DNA from: a virus
Taxonomy: Duplodnaviria > Heunggongvirae > Uroviricota > Caudoviricetes
Reading direction: 5' to 3' (one strand)
IMG/VR virus record: IMGVR_UViG_3300031555_004779
DNA length: 64,000 nt
The notes under the pieces were generated by a model. That model saw nothing but the letters and a program-made list of their open reading frames with translations. It did no database searches and was not told the DNA's origin. The position numbers and the translations under genes were made by a program. This document shows positions 39,500 to 49,600 of this stretch, in pieces; position 1 is the first letter of the stretch; each line of letters opens with the position of its first letter.

Positions 39500-39517
39500 T
39501 TGTTAAAATTTTAACAA
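39500..39517. promoter_or_regulatory. second palindromic motif, copy 5 (TTGTTAAAATTTTAACAA, perfect)
   Basis: 18-bp perfect palindrome. Confidence 0.5.
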
Positions 39518-39754
39518 AGTGTGTATGATAAAAAGAAGCGCTTAAAATGTATAACTCGTCAGGCTTGATTTGTTAAATTTTATATGACATAAATTTGACT
39601 TATTAGAAAAATTATGCTACAATATAAATAAAGCTGGATACTTATAGTTTGAGCGAAACGCTCTTATTGATATTATGGGAGGTGTTCGCAATTCCGAACA
39701 AACTTTTTGAATAGCTGGAAAACTACCGATTAACCAACCAACTAACTGTTACCA

Positions 39755-39784
39755 AATTGGTAGAATTGGTAGGAATTGGTAGAA
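39755..39784. repeat. three tandem copies of AATTGGTAG(A/G) at an exact 10-bp period
   Basis: Copies at 39755, 39764 and 39774. Related copies occur at 40480 (inverted) and 40625. Confidence 0.5.
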
Positions 39785-39872
39785 CTACATATTATGAATG
39801 GAAGAATGGCAAGCCGCCAGCAAAGTTAATTACTTACCAAAAAGTAGAACAATTTCTACAAGGAGAATAGAA

Positions 39873-40043
39873 ATGACTTATTTCAATTGTTATAGTGCCA
39901 AGTTAGCAGGATTTCTACGTAAAAAGGGCTTCAAAATTGTAGGCACAAAAGTAAACCTAAAGAAACCGCAATATGACATATTCCTATTTGAAGAAACAGA
40001 AGAATTAAAGAAAGCTGTAGATGAATATTGCCACAGCCTATAA
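39873..40043 (+). CDS. small basic protein (56 aa), possible DNA-binding protein
   Basis: RBS AAGGAGAATAG. An in-frame upstream ATG at 39798 lacks an RBS. Confidence 0.4.
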   Translation: MTYFNCYSAKLAGFLRKKGFKIVGTKVNLKKPQYDIFLFEETEELKKAVDEYCHSL

Positions 40044-40056
40044 TGGAGGAGTTCCA

Positions 40057-40473
40057 ATGATTAACAGTTTCAAAGATAATAAAGTGCGCGATAGTGCTTT
40101 AGTTTATAACGGCACTTGGGAGCAAATAAAAAAATTATATGCCACCAATCCGCAGCAAGCGGGAGAGCTGGCAATTTCTGCCATTGAAATGGCATTGACA
40201 GGCGATATTAGTTCTGATGACTTTCTTGTTGGAATCGCTTTGGAAAACATGAGAGTGGTAGCTAAAAAGAATAAGGATAAATGGGATAAAGAATGCGACA
40301 GAAAACGCACGAATAAAATCGCCGCGCTTGCTCTTGATAAAATTGCGGAGTTATATTTACAAAAAATACCACAAACAAAAATTGGTCAAGAATTAAATAT
40401 TCCACAACAAACAGTTAGTTATCGCTTAAATATTATACGCAAAGAATTTCCTGAATTACTAAAAGAGGAATAG
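40057..40473 (+). CDS. ArpU/Alt-like late transcription regulator (sigma region-4-like C-terminal HTH). Its terminal codon is TAG and the frame stays open beyond it.
   Basis: RBS GGAGGAG. C-terminal helix-turn-helix IGQELNIPQQTVSYRLNIIRKEF. About 140 aa, located at the early/late boundary ahead of a repeat-rich AT region. Confidence 0.4.
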   Translation: MINSFKDNKVRDSALVYNGTWEQIKKLYATNPQQAGELAISAIEMALTGDISSDDFLVGIALENMRVVAKKNKDKWDKECDRKRTNKIAALALDKIAELYLQKIPQTKIGQELNIPQQTVSYRLNIIRKEFPELLKEE

Positions 40474-40554
40474 GACCTTACCAATTCTACCAACTTTACT
40501 AATATTGGTAATTTTAGTACCAATGGTACCAGTAGTACCAACAATCCAACGTAT

Positions 40555-40614
40555 GATACTGATACTGTAACTGATACTGATACTGATACTGTAACTGATA
40601 CTGTAACTGATACT
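40555..40614. repeat. hexanucleotide tandem array (GATACT/GTAACT) of 10 units
   Basis: In frame with the open extension behind the ArpU-like gene, where it would encode (DT/VT)n. Confidence 0.6.
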
Positions 40615-40865
40615 TCTTTACCCGCTACGCGGGAAATTGGTAGAACCTACCAAAAAATGTCAGTGACAGAAATTGACAAAATGTTGGTAGAAAATGATAC
40701 GGAAGAAATTGTATATAAGGACGGCGCGCTAACGAATTACACAACTGGTGAGGTTATCTATCTTGACGCAGATAGCCAAAAGGAATATGATTCTTATCTT
40801 TATGAATGGAGCTAATTTCATTTTCATTTCTTGAAAGCGTTTCAAAAATCCAATTTCATTTCCAT

Positions 40866-40896
40866 ATAACCCGAAACCCTCCCCTACGCGGGAGGG
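40866..40896 (+). terminator. rho-independent terminator
   Basis: ACCCTCCC-CTACGC-GGGAGGGT followed by TGTTTGTTTT. Confidence 0.55.
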
Positions 40897-41099
40897 TTGT
40901 TTGTTTTCCCGAAACTATGCCGGCGGGCAGATGGTTCTCTTCCACCATTATAATGTTATCATAAATTTGTCAAATTGTCAATGTTTCTTTCAGTTAAAAA
41001 TTTGCGTGGGATGAAGATACCAAAGGTTAGATGTATTGAATTTTGACAGTGTAAAAATGATGATTGATTATATGTTTTTCCATATGATTTTTATAGTAT

Positions 41100-41225
41100 A
41101 TCAAAAGTTGGAGAAAACTTAAAAAAATTTTTAAAAAATTTTTAAAAAAGAAAATTTTATTTAAAAAAAATTTAATTTAAATAAAAAATAAAATAATTAA
41201 ATTTCCACGGGAATTTTTTGGATAT
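41100..41225. other. phased A-tract/T-tract block (AAAAAATTTTTAAAAAATTTTTAAAAAA...), about 90% A+T, likely intrinsically bent. Candidate DNA-unwinding element, origin or packaging region.
   Basis: Alternating A5-7 and T5 runs at roughly 10-11-bp intervals. A C/A-rich strand-biased tract follows at 41320-41410. Confidence 0.35.
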
Positions 41226-41523
41226 AATGGGAAAATTTGATTGAACGACACCTCGGTTTTTCTACTTATACGATGAAGATGAAAACGGATTTTGTAGGGG
41301 AAAAATGAAGGATGGTCACTAAAACACCACACCACCCACACCACACACTACCATTCACCTCGGCGACACAACTTTACCCCACCAAAACCCCAAAATCAAC
41401 GCATCATCTCCTTTCGTTTTGCTTATATTATTATTTATTTCCTCTTTAAAGCAGAAAAGAAGTAGGCGTATAAACCTTCCTTCTAACCGCCCTAAACAAA
41501 CTAAAAAAATACACTGAGGAAGA

Positions 41524-41931
41524 ATGAGAAACATTATGAAAAAAGCATATCCAAGTAAAGAGCAAATCCGCGATACGCTAACAGCAATCAACAAGTCCTA
41601 TCGTCAAATCGCTCTTGACAGCGGCATATCGTTAAAATCAGTTTTAAATATAATGGACCTGAAAAATTATAATTTTTCATCATACGAAAAAATTATAGCC
41701 TATTGCCGCACTCAAGTGCCAGAAAAAGATTGGACTTATGTTCCTATCGCCGATTTGCTCTTATTTTTTTCGTCTAATAGAATTTCTAACAAAATCGCCG
41801 CCAAGTATGGATATACATCCTCTATAAGAAAAAGTTTTTTTGCGCAAAGAAACTTACCTAGAATAGATACATATATCCTCCTATGTAATATCAAAATTGA
41901 AATGGAGGCTGAAAACCTATGTTTAGAATAA
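41524..41931 (+). CDS. HTH (XRE-like) protein, first gene of the rightward late block
   Basis: Helix-turn-helix IALDSGISLKSVLNIM. RBS GAGGAAG. Confidence 0.4.
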   Translation: MRNIMKKAYPSKEQIRDTLTAINKSYRQIALDSGISLKSVLNIMDLKNYNFSSYEKIIAYCRTQVPEKDWTYVPIADLLLFFSSNRISNKIAAKYGYTSSIRKSFFAQRNLPRIDTYILLCNIKIEMEAENLCLE

Positions 41932-42107
41932 TCTCAACCAACCTGGAACCCACCCCCGTTTATGTTGCTGATACCAAAGAAGACTTAGAAGCAATTAAGC
42001 GCCAGCAATATGACAACGATATGCAAGGCATCGCTGCACTAGTGTTGGATGACGGGGACGGCAAGCCAATGTTGTATGTAATGAATACCGAAGGAGAGTG
42101 GGTATAA
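41919..42107 (+). CDS. hypothetical small protein
   Basis: ORF track entry. Confidence 0.35.
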   Translation: MFRIISTNLEPTPVYVADTKEDLEAIKRQQYDNDMQGIAALVLDDGDGKPMLYVMNTEGEWV

Positions 42108-42108
42108 T

Positions 42109-42561
42109 ATGATAGATGTTGCAGCATATGCGCTATTAAAACGCGGCATTACTACCGCAGGTTCCACCACTCCAGGAGTAGGCATCGTTGATGCCAAAAT
42201 TGAAAATGGTCACCTAATCCTAATCATGAGTGATGGAAGCACTATTGACGCTGGCCTATTACCTACTGGCGCCGGCATAGATGACTCTGTGGTTTCTACT
42301 GAAACTACATGGTCAAGTGCGAAAATAGAAGAATACCACACTCAACATGTTGAAATCCGTGCTGCTGAAATTGCGCAAGAAGTCGCCGAACGCGCTTTAA
42401 GTGAATTTGTACCCGAACTAATTAGTGGTGGTACCGCAGAAAGCACAATAGAGTACATTGAAGGTGGTTCTGCCTCAGATGTAGAGCCAGATGTACTTTA
42501 CGGTATGGATGCCGATGAAGAGCCCGTAGGCGTAAAATTTGATTTTTCCGAGGAGGCGTAA
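42109..42561 (+). CDS. hypothetical protein (150 aa, Gly/Thr-rich N-terminus, acidic C-terminus)
   Basis: ORF track entry. Confidence 0.4.
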   Translation: MIDVAAYALLKRGITTAGSTTPGVGIVDAKIENGHLILIMSDGSTIDAGLLPTGAGIDDSVVSTETTWSSAKIEEYHTQHVEIRAAEIAQEVAERALSEFVPELISGGTAESTIEYIEGGSASDVEPDVLYGMDADEEPVGVKFDFSEEA

Positions 42562-42564
42562 CAT

Positions 42565-42792
42565 ATGGCACGTTTAATTGAACTAGAAAACCAAAAACAA
42601 TGCGCCTCTTGGGGCTATCAAGGTGAAAGTGGCGCAACAATTTTAATCGCTTCTATAAGCGAATTTGCAGCCCAGTATCCAACTGGAAAACCCAATGTAA
42701 TTTTCCAACGTCATGATGGTCATCCTTATATGCACAAATTTATTCTTTCAGGGGAAAATCTCCTTATAGAATTAAATTCTACTGATACTTAG
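42565..42792 (+). CDS. hypothetical small protein
   Basis: ORF track entry. Confidence 0.35.
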   Translation: MARLIELENQKQCASWGYQGESGATILIASISEFAAQYPTGKPNVIFQRHDGHPYMHKFILSGENLLIELNSTDT

Positions 42793-42846
42793 CAATGGGG
42801 AAAGTGCGAAGTTCAAATTAGCTGGCTCGTCAGCGGTAACAAAGTA

Positions 42847-43263
42847 ATGAAGAAGAAAATTTATTCTTCCTACATTTTGCCTGGCGATCTTGAAGGTGAC
42901 CTTCCACTTACAGACGAAAGTATTTTAGCTTTGGATAATTTGGAAGCTTATGTAGAAGAAGCAAAATTGCTATTAAATGAAGCAAAACAATACGCCGCTG
43001 AACTGGTATTTGTTGAAGCATTACCCGAAGTTGGTGATAACACTAAACTTTATATTGACAAAGCAACTTCTTCTATGTATTATTGGAGTGGCGATGCCTT
43101 TATGCTTCTCAATCCTTCTTATGAATGCGATTGTGACGATAAAAAGCCTAGTCCGCCACCACCACCTCCACGTCCACCACACATTCCTTGTCCGCCAATA
43201 ACAGGCGATGGACAAGAGATTCTTTATGGTGGCAATGCTTTCTTTCCACAAGCAGAAGACTAA
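42847..43263 (+). CDS. protein with a proline-rich segment (PSPPPPPRPPHIPCPP)
   Basis: ORF track entry. Confidence 0.4.
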   Translation: MKKKIYSSYILPGDLEGDLPLTDESILALDNLEAYVEEAKLLLNEAKQYAAELVFVEALPEVGDNTKLYIDKATSSMYYWSGDAFMLLNPSYECDCDDKKPSPPPPPPRPPHIPCPPITGDGQEILYGGNAFFPQAED

Positions 43264-43307
43264 TAAATAAATCCCCACAACTAGATTAACGCAAGCAGGT
43301 GAATAAA

Positions 43308-44756
43308 ATGGCGACAGTTTTAAGCACTAAAATCATTCTTCGTAATGATACTGCGGCTAGTTGGTTAGAACACAATCCAATTCTATCTGCCGGCGAATTT
43401 GGTATTGAATGGGATACTGGTTTATTTAAAATCGGTAACGGTACAACCACCTATAACAAATTACCATATGCCGGCGCTCCTAGTGCAAGCGGTTCTGCTA
43501 TTCTAGATGCTGATGGATATACCTTAAGCGCGAATCTAGAACGCAAACTTGGCTTAAACAAATGGGGCATAGAATACCACAAATGGGTTGGCGACCACTA
43601 TGAGCTTGTTCCCGTTGATGCGAACAATCCATGGAAAATCAACTTACAACCAAAAGTCGCGCAAAACCCAACCACTGGTACCTTAGAGCTTGCTTGGTTT
43701 GAACCTTCCCCAATTTCTGCGGAAGACATTTCTGGCGCAGTTTCCGATTTACAAGAAACTGTTAATACTCTAAGTACTACTGTTGGTACAAAGGAAGATG
43801 CCGCAGGAACTGATAGTGTTTTTGGCGCAATAGCAACGCTAGACCAAAAACATAACGAACTTGCCGCGATTTCACTTCCTCTCACCGGCGGCCAAATGAC
43901 AGGTGAACTTCTACTTGCAGACGGTTCTCCTGCAGTTTCTGAGAAAACTGTAGATGATAAGATTACCTATGCTGTCGTAAACATGGGCACACTAAAACGC
44001 AAAGTAGTTACTGTTCTTCCTGATGTGGCTGATGCTGATGAGAACACAATTTATATGATAAAGAAGGGAACTTCTTTATTAAGCAATAGTTACGATGAAT
44101 ATTTCTTAATTGAAGGTACATTTGAATTAATTGGCGATACGTCTGCCGATTTGGAAGATTATATCAAAAAGCCATTAACATTCACCGAAGGAAATATTGC
44201 TTTATTTAGTAATGATGGTTCAATTAAAGATGCCGGCATTACTGCTAAAGATATATCAGAACATATTGCTGACAATGTTCTTCACATTACTGCCGAAGAA
44301 CGTGCTCGTTGGAACTCTGGAACTGGTTCTGGCGAAGCTCCAATTTATATTTTCGGTTCTGGCTTACAAGCTGACAATACTGGCGCAGTAACTTTAAAAG
44401 TTGCTGAAGAAAGTAATGGTATTACCGTTAGTGATGACGGTATTGCTCTTGCTCTTGCAACCAATGAATCCGCTGGCGCGATGTCCGCTGCACAATATTC
44501 TAAAATTTCTAATATGAAAGATATTTAGGGTGTTGTTCTTGGTGATATTGTTGAAGCAGCTTTCGACCCAAAGAATCGTGTACATATTCCAATGGCAAAT
44601 TCTGTAAGTCCTGGTGTTGTAGTTTCCTCTAGTGCTACCAACTCTATTGCAGTTGATATGCTTTCTGGTACCATGACCGTAAATACAATTGAAACAAGTA
44701 AACTTGTAGTTCCTGAAGGACAAGAGCTAATCTTAAATGGTGGCTCTGCTTCTTAA
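43308..44756 (+). CDS. tail fibre protein 1. The conserved N-terminal anchor domain is shared with five other genes. One in-frame TAG at 44526.
   Basis: RBS AGGTG. N-terminus IILRNDTAASW..P.L..GE.G.E.DTG..KIGNGTT.YN.LPY. The frame continues past the TAG to TAA at 44754. Confidence 0.55.
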
Positions 44757-44783
44757 TTTTATTAAAAAGTGAGGTAAAAATTT

Positions 44784-46535
44784 ATGGCTGATAATCATAC
44801 CCTAAATACTCGCATTAAACTTAAATATGACAGTTATGAAAACTGGATTGCAAAGGACCCTGTCCTACTAGCTGGCGAAGTTGCCATTGCTACCGTTGCT
44901 TCTAATGATGCTGAAGGCAAGCCTGGCTTTCAAAACCTACCCAACATTGTATTCAAGGTTGGTGACGGAAGCAGCAAATACAGCGCCCTAAAGTTCGTAT
45001 CTGCTCTAGCTGCTGACGTACACAGCTGGGCTAAGGCTGCTGATAAGCCTGTTTACACCGCCGCTGAAATTGATGGAATCAAGGCTTATATTGATGGCGT
45101 AATTGGCGATCACAGTGAAATTCAAGATACTGATACCAAGTATATCATGGAAACTGTAGATGGCAACACCTATAAGTACGGTCTATATTCTACCAACAAG
45201 GCTGGCGAAAACAAGACTCTAGTATATACTCTAGACCTAAGTGGTGTAGACGGACGTCTAGATGATCTAGAAGCCGCTGTTGGTGAATCTGGTAAAGTTT
45301 CTCAACAGATTGCTGCTGCTATTGAAGCTATCGCAGTTGCCGAAACCAACCTTGGCACCACTGAAATGTATTCTGGTTACAAGCAGGTTGGCGGTATTGT
45401 AACTCTAAACAAGCGTACTCTAGGTATTGCTAACGTAGATGGCCTACAGACCGCTCTAGACGCTAAGCAGGACAACTTAGTCTTCGAGACTGCTTATGAT
45501 GCTGCTACCAATAAGGTTGCCACTATGGCTAACGTTACTGGTGCTATCGACGCTCTAGATAAGGCCGATGCCGCTGTTGAAAAACAGTTTGTAACCGCCG
45601 TATCTGAAGAAAATGGTATCATCACTGTAAGTCGTGCTGCTCTAAAGGCTTCTGATATTCCTAATATCACTCAGAGCCAGGTAGACGGCCTAGAAGATGC
45701 CTTAGATGCTAAGCAGGATAACCTAGTAATTGCCGACAATTACAATGCCGAAAGCAATAAGGTTGCTACCGAAGCTACCGTAACTAAGGCTGTTGCTGAC
45801 TTAAATGGTGCTATGCACTTTGAAGGCGTTGCGCCTAAGGATCCCACTACCTTCACCAACAAAGAAAATGATGTTTATAGTGGTGGCGACGTCTTACTAT
45901 TCGGTTATGACGAATATGTATATGATGGAAATACTTGGCACAAGCTAGGCAACGAATCCATTTATAAGCTAAAGAGCGAAGCTGCTACCGAGCACGAAGC
46001 TATGCAAGGTGAAATTGATGCTCTAGAAGCTAATAAGCAGGATAACCTTGGCTTTGAAGGTACCTACAACAAGGACACCAACAAGGTTGTAACCAAGTCT
46101 GCAATGACTGATGCCATCACCTCTGCTGTTGACGCCCTAGATAAGGCTGATACTGCCGTTGAGCATCAGTTCGTAACTAGCGTAAGCGAAGAAAATGGTG
46201 TTATTACTGTTCTACGCGCTCAGCCTGCTATCGCTGACGTAAATGGTCTAACCGAACGTCTAAGCGGTATTGACAGCGAGATTGCTAAGAAGCAAGATAT
46301 TGTTGGTTTTGCCGATGATTACAATAAGGACACCAATAAGGCTGCGACCGTAGCAACCGTAACCAATGCTATCAATGCTCTAGACAAAGCTGATGCTGCT
46401 GTTGAAGGACAGTTCGTTACTGCTGTACCTCAGGAAAATGGTATTGTAACCGTTTCTCGTGCTGCTGTAACCACTGACCACATCCAGCAAGGCACCAAGC
46501 CTTTCATTCTTGATTGTGGCACTGCCACTCTTTAA
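44784..46535 (+). CDS. tail fibre protein 2 (coiled-coil and repeat rich). CTA is the main Leu codon.
   Basis: N-terminus IKLKYDSYENW..P.L.AGE......KVGDGSSKY. A hairpin terminator (46547-46578) follows. Confidence 0.55.
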   Translation: MADNHTLNTRIKLKYDSYENWIAKDPVLLAGEVAIATVASNDAEGKPGFQNLPNIVFKVGDGSSKYSALKFVSALAADVHSWAKAADKPVYTAAEIDGIKAYIDGVIGDHSEIQDTDTKYIMETVDGNTYKYGLYSTNKAGENKTLVYTLDLSGVDGRLDDLEAAVGESGKVSQQIAAAIEAIAVAETNLGTTEMYSGYKQVGGIVTLNKRTLGIANVDGLQTALDAKQDNLVFETAYDAATNKVATMANVTGAIDALDKADAAVEKQFVTAVSEENGIITVSRAALKASDIPNITQSQVDGLEDALDAKQDNLVIADNYNAESNKVATEATVTKAVADLNGAMHFEGVAPKDPTTFTNKENDVYSGGDVLLFGYDEYVYDGNTWHKLGNESIYKLKSEAATEHEAMQGEIDALEANKQDNLGFEGTYNKDTNKVVTKSAMTDAITSAVDALDKADTAVEHQFVTSVSEENGVITVLRAQPAIADVNGLTERLSGIDSEIAKKQDIVGFADDYNKDTNKAATVATVTNAINALDKADAAVEGQFVTAVPQENGIVTVSRAAVTTDHIQQGTKPFILDCGTATL

Positions 46536-46609
46536 TTAAATAATATGCCGACCGACTGATGTCGGTCGGCATTTTTTTCATATATAATTCTATTAAAAGG
46601 AGAATGCAC

Positions 46610-49600
46610 ATGAGTAGAAAATTAATCACCAAGATTATTCTACGCAACGATGTAACTCAAAATTGGTTACTCGTTGCCGATACCATGGTACTCCTACGCG
46701 GTGAAATTGGTTTAGAATATACTGATACTGGCGTAAAAATGAAAATAGGTGACGGCATCTCTACATGGGGACAGCTTCCTTATTTTGTTTCTGGCGCTGG
46801 CACAGCCGAACTACCTGAGAATTTTACTTGGGCTGATTTACTAGGTGTAGCCGCTGAAGGAGAAACAACCTCCACTACAAATATTGGTTTAGTAAAACCC
46901 GCTTTAGCAGATAAAGTTGATGTTAATATTTTAAATGCTAATGCTGAAATTATTGATACTAATATTTTTGACCTAACTGAAAAAATTGGTTCTTTAACTA
47001 CACTTGTTGAAGAAAATGTCAATCAAATTCGTGCTACTTTAGCTGATTATGAAGGACGCATTGCGGCTCTAGAAAACAATAGTCCTGAAATTGATTCTGC
47101 TGAATTAGAAGCATTAAAAACTTCTGTTGCAGAATTAACTGAACGTGTTGTAATTCTTGAAAATCGCCAACCTACTGAAGGTGGTACTGTTGATTTCACT
47201 GAAATCAATAATGCGATTGCAGCCTTAGACAAGCGCATTGTAGCTATAGAAGAATCTTTTGTTAAAAAAGAAGAACTAACTTCTGTAAAAGATGAATTTA
47301 ATAAAACTCTTGAAAATTATACTACCAGAGAAGATTTAAGTTCTGTAAAAGAAATTGTTTACGGAAATACCGAGTGTATTACTGAAGTTGAAAATTTCGC
47401 TAAAAAGTTAGAAGAACAAGCCGGCCGTGTTAATGTATAGCTAAATGAAATGACAGAAAAAGACCTTTCTCTTGAACGTCGTATTACCACTCTTGAAGAA
47501 AATGGCGTTCCAGGTGATGGCGGTTCTGCCGAAGTAAGTCCTGAAACTCTTGCTCAAATTGAAGCTAATACTGCTAATATTGCTACTCTAACTGAAACTG
47601 TTGGTGGATTTGACGAACGTATTACTACTGCAGAAGAAAATGCCGCGACCGCTTTAACCTTTGATGAGCGCATTACCGCTGCTGAAACTACTGTCGCTGG
47701 TTATGATACTAAAGTTAATGCTGCCGTAGAAGCTACTCAAGCTATTACTGGTATGCAAACTACCATTAATGAAACAACCGCTCGTATGGAAGCAGTTGAA
47801 ACAGAAATGGAAGCTACCAACACTAATGTAGAAGCTATGGGTACTCGTGTTGAAGCAGCAGCTTCTGTCGTAGAAGAATTTGATGGCCGCGTAACTACCA
47901 CCGAAGCTCGTTTAGAAGAATTAATTGAAGCTTCTTCTAATGGCGAACTTGACGGTGTAGCCGAAGTAGTTGATGCTCGCGTAGCAACTGATGGTACCAC
48001 CTATGAAAACTTAGGTTCTCACGTTCGTGCTTTAGGTGATGAAATCGCTTATGTAAAGAACAATACCGCTGATTTAGTTGGTGGAAAACTTGTTGATGGT
48101 CTTTCTTATGAAGGATATATGCTACAATTAACTGCCGGCGGTAATCCTGTTGGTAACGCTGTAGAAATCAAGGGTGGTTCTGGTACTGGTACTGGTGGAG
48201 CAGGCACTTATACTGCCACTTTAACTAACCTACTAGATAGCCGTATGATTTCTGTTCCTAAAGGCGAATCTGTTGTACTAAAGTACAAGTATACTTCTGT
48301 TGATAACGAAGGGACTGACGATGGCGATGGCATCGGTGCAATTTCTGTTGAAAACGTTATCAAAGCTCGCTTCCCTGTAGCCCAAGGTGAAGTTGAAACA
48401 GATATTACTAATTACTTAGTAAATGGTACCAACACTGTTAAATTAACTGTTGAAAACTCTGAAGGTACGGTAAAGACTATTATTTATACCGTTACTGTTA
48501 TTGCTTTGACTTTAACCACTCCCTTTGCTGAAATGAATACTTATTCTGGCGATGTGGGATTCCAATATACAATTACTGGTAATGGTGCTAAAGTAATTCA
48601 TTTCATTTTAGATGACGATTATGAAGTTGGCACTGAAACTATCACTGCTGTAAATGCTACTCGTACTTTCACTATTCCAAAGCAAACTGATGGTGCTCAT
48701 ATTTTCAGTGTTTATGCCGAAACTGAAGCTGAAGGTACTATCATTCGTTCTGACGAATTACGTCTCGGTATGATGTGGACCTCTAGTGAAATGACTGAAA
48801 AAGCAGTTCTAGTTAATTATAACGGCGGTGAAAAGCAATAGGGTGAAATTATTCAGATTCCTTATTTAATATATGATCCATTCTCTCAAAATGCTGATGT
48901 ATTCTTTAGCATTTATAATGAAGATGGTTCTTTATATTATGAATCTGAGTCTAGTATTGTAGACCAGACTGCTAAGATTTGGTCAGTACAAGATTTCCCT
49001 GAAGGAAACACTGTTTTCCGTGTAACTGCTGGTAATAAAGAAGATACCGCGGAAACTAATGTATATGAAGAAGTTGTTATTAAGATTAATCCTTCTTCTT
49101 TCACTAATACTATAATTGATGATAACCTCCTACTAGACTTCAACGCTCGCAATAAGACTAATTATGTTGAAAACCCGGGCCACTGGGAATACAATGGTAT
49201 TGTTGCTGAATTTGACAACTTCAACTGGGCAGAAGCCGATGGTTGGGTAACCGACAAAGATGGCGCAAGCGTACTACGCTTCCTACCTGGCGGCAAGATG
49301 GTTATTCCTTTCAAGCCTTTTGAAAGTGATATTCGTAACTCCGGTTACACCATTGAAGCAGAGTTTGCAACCAATAATGTTCGTGACTATGATAGCGTTG
49401 TAATTGACACTTACAGTGGCGGTCGTGGTTTGATTATTCGTTCTCAGAACGCAGCTCTAAACTCTGAACAGTCTGGTGTAGGTGTACAGTTCAAAGAAGA
49501 CGCACGTATTCGTTTGACTTTCGTAGTCGAACAGAACACTCTAAATCGTTTTGTATATGTTTATATTGATGGTATCCTTTGCGGCATCACTCAATATTCA

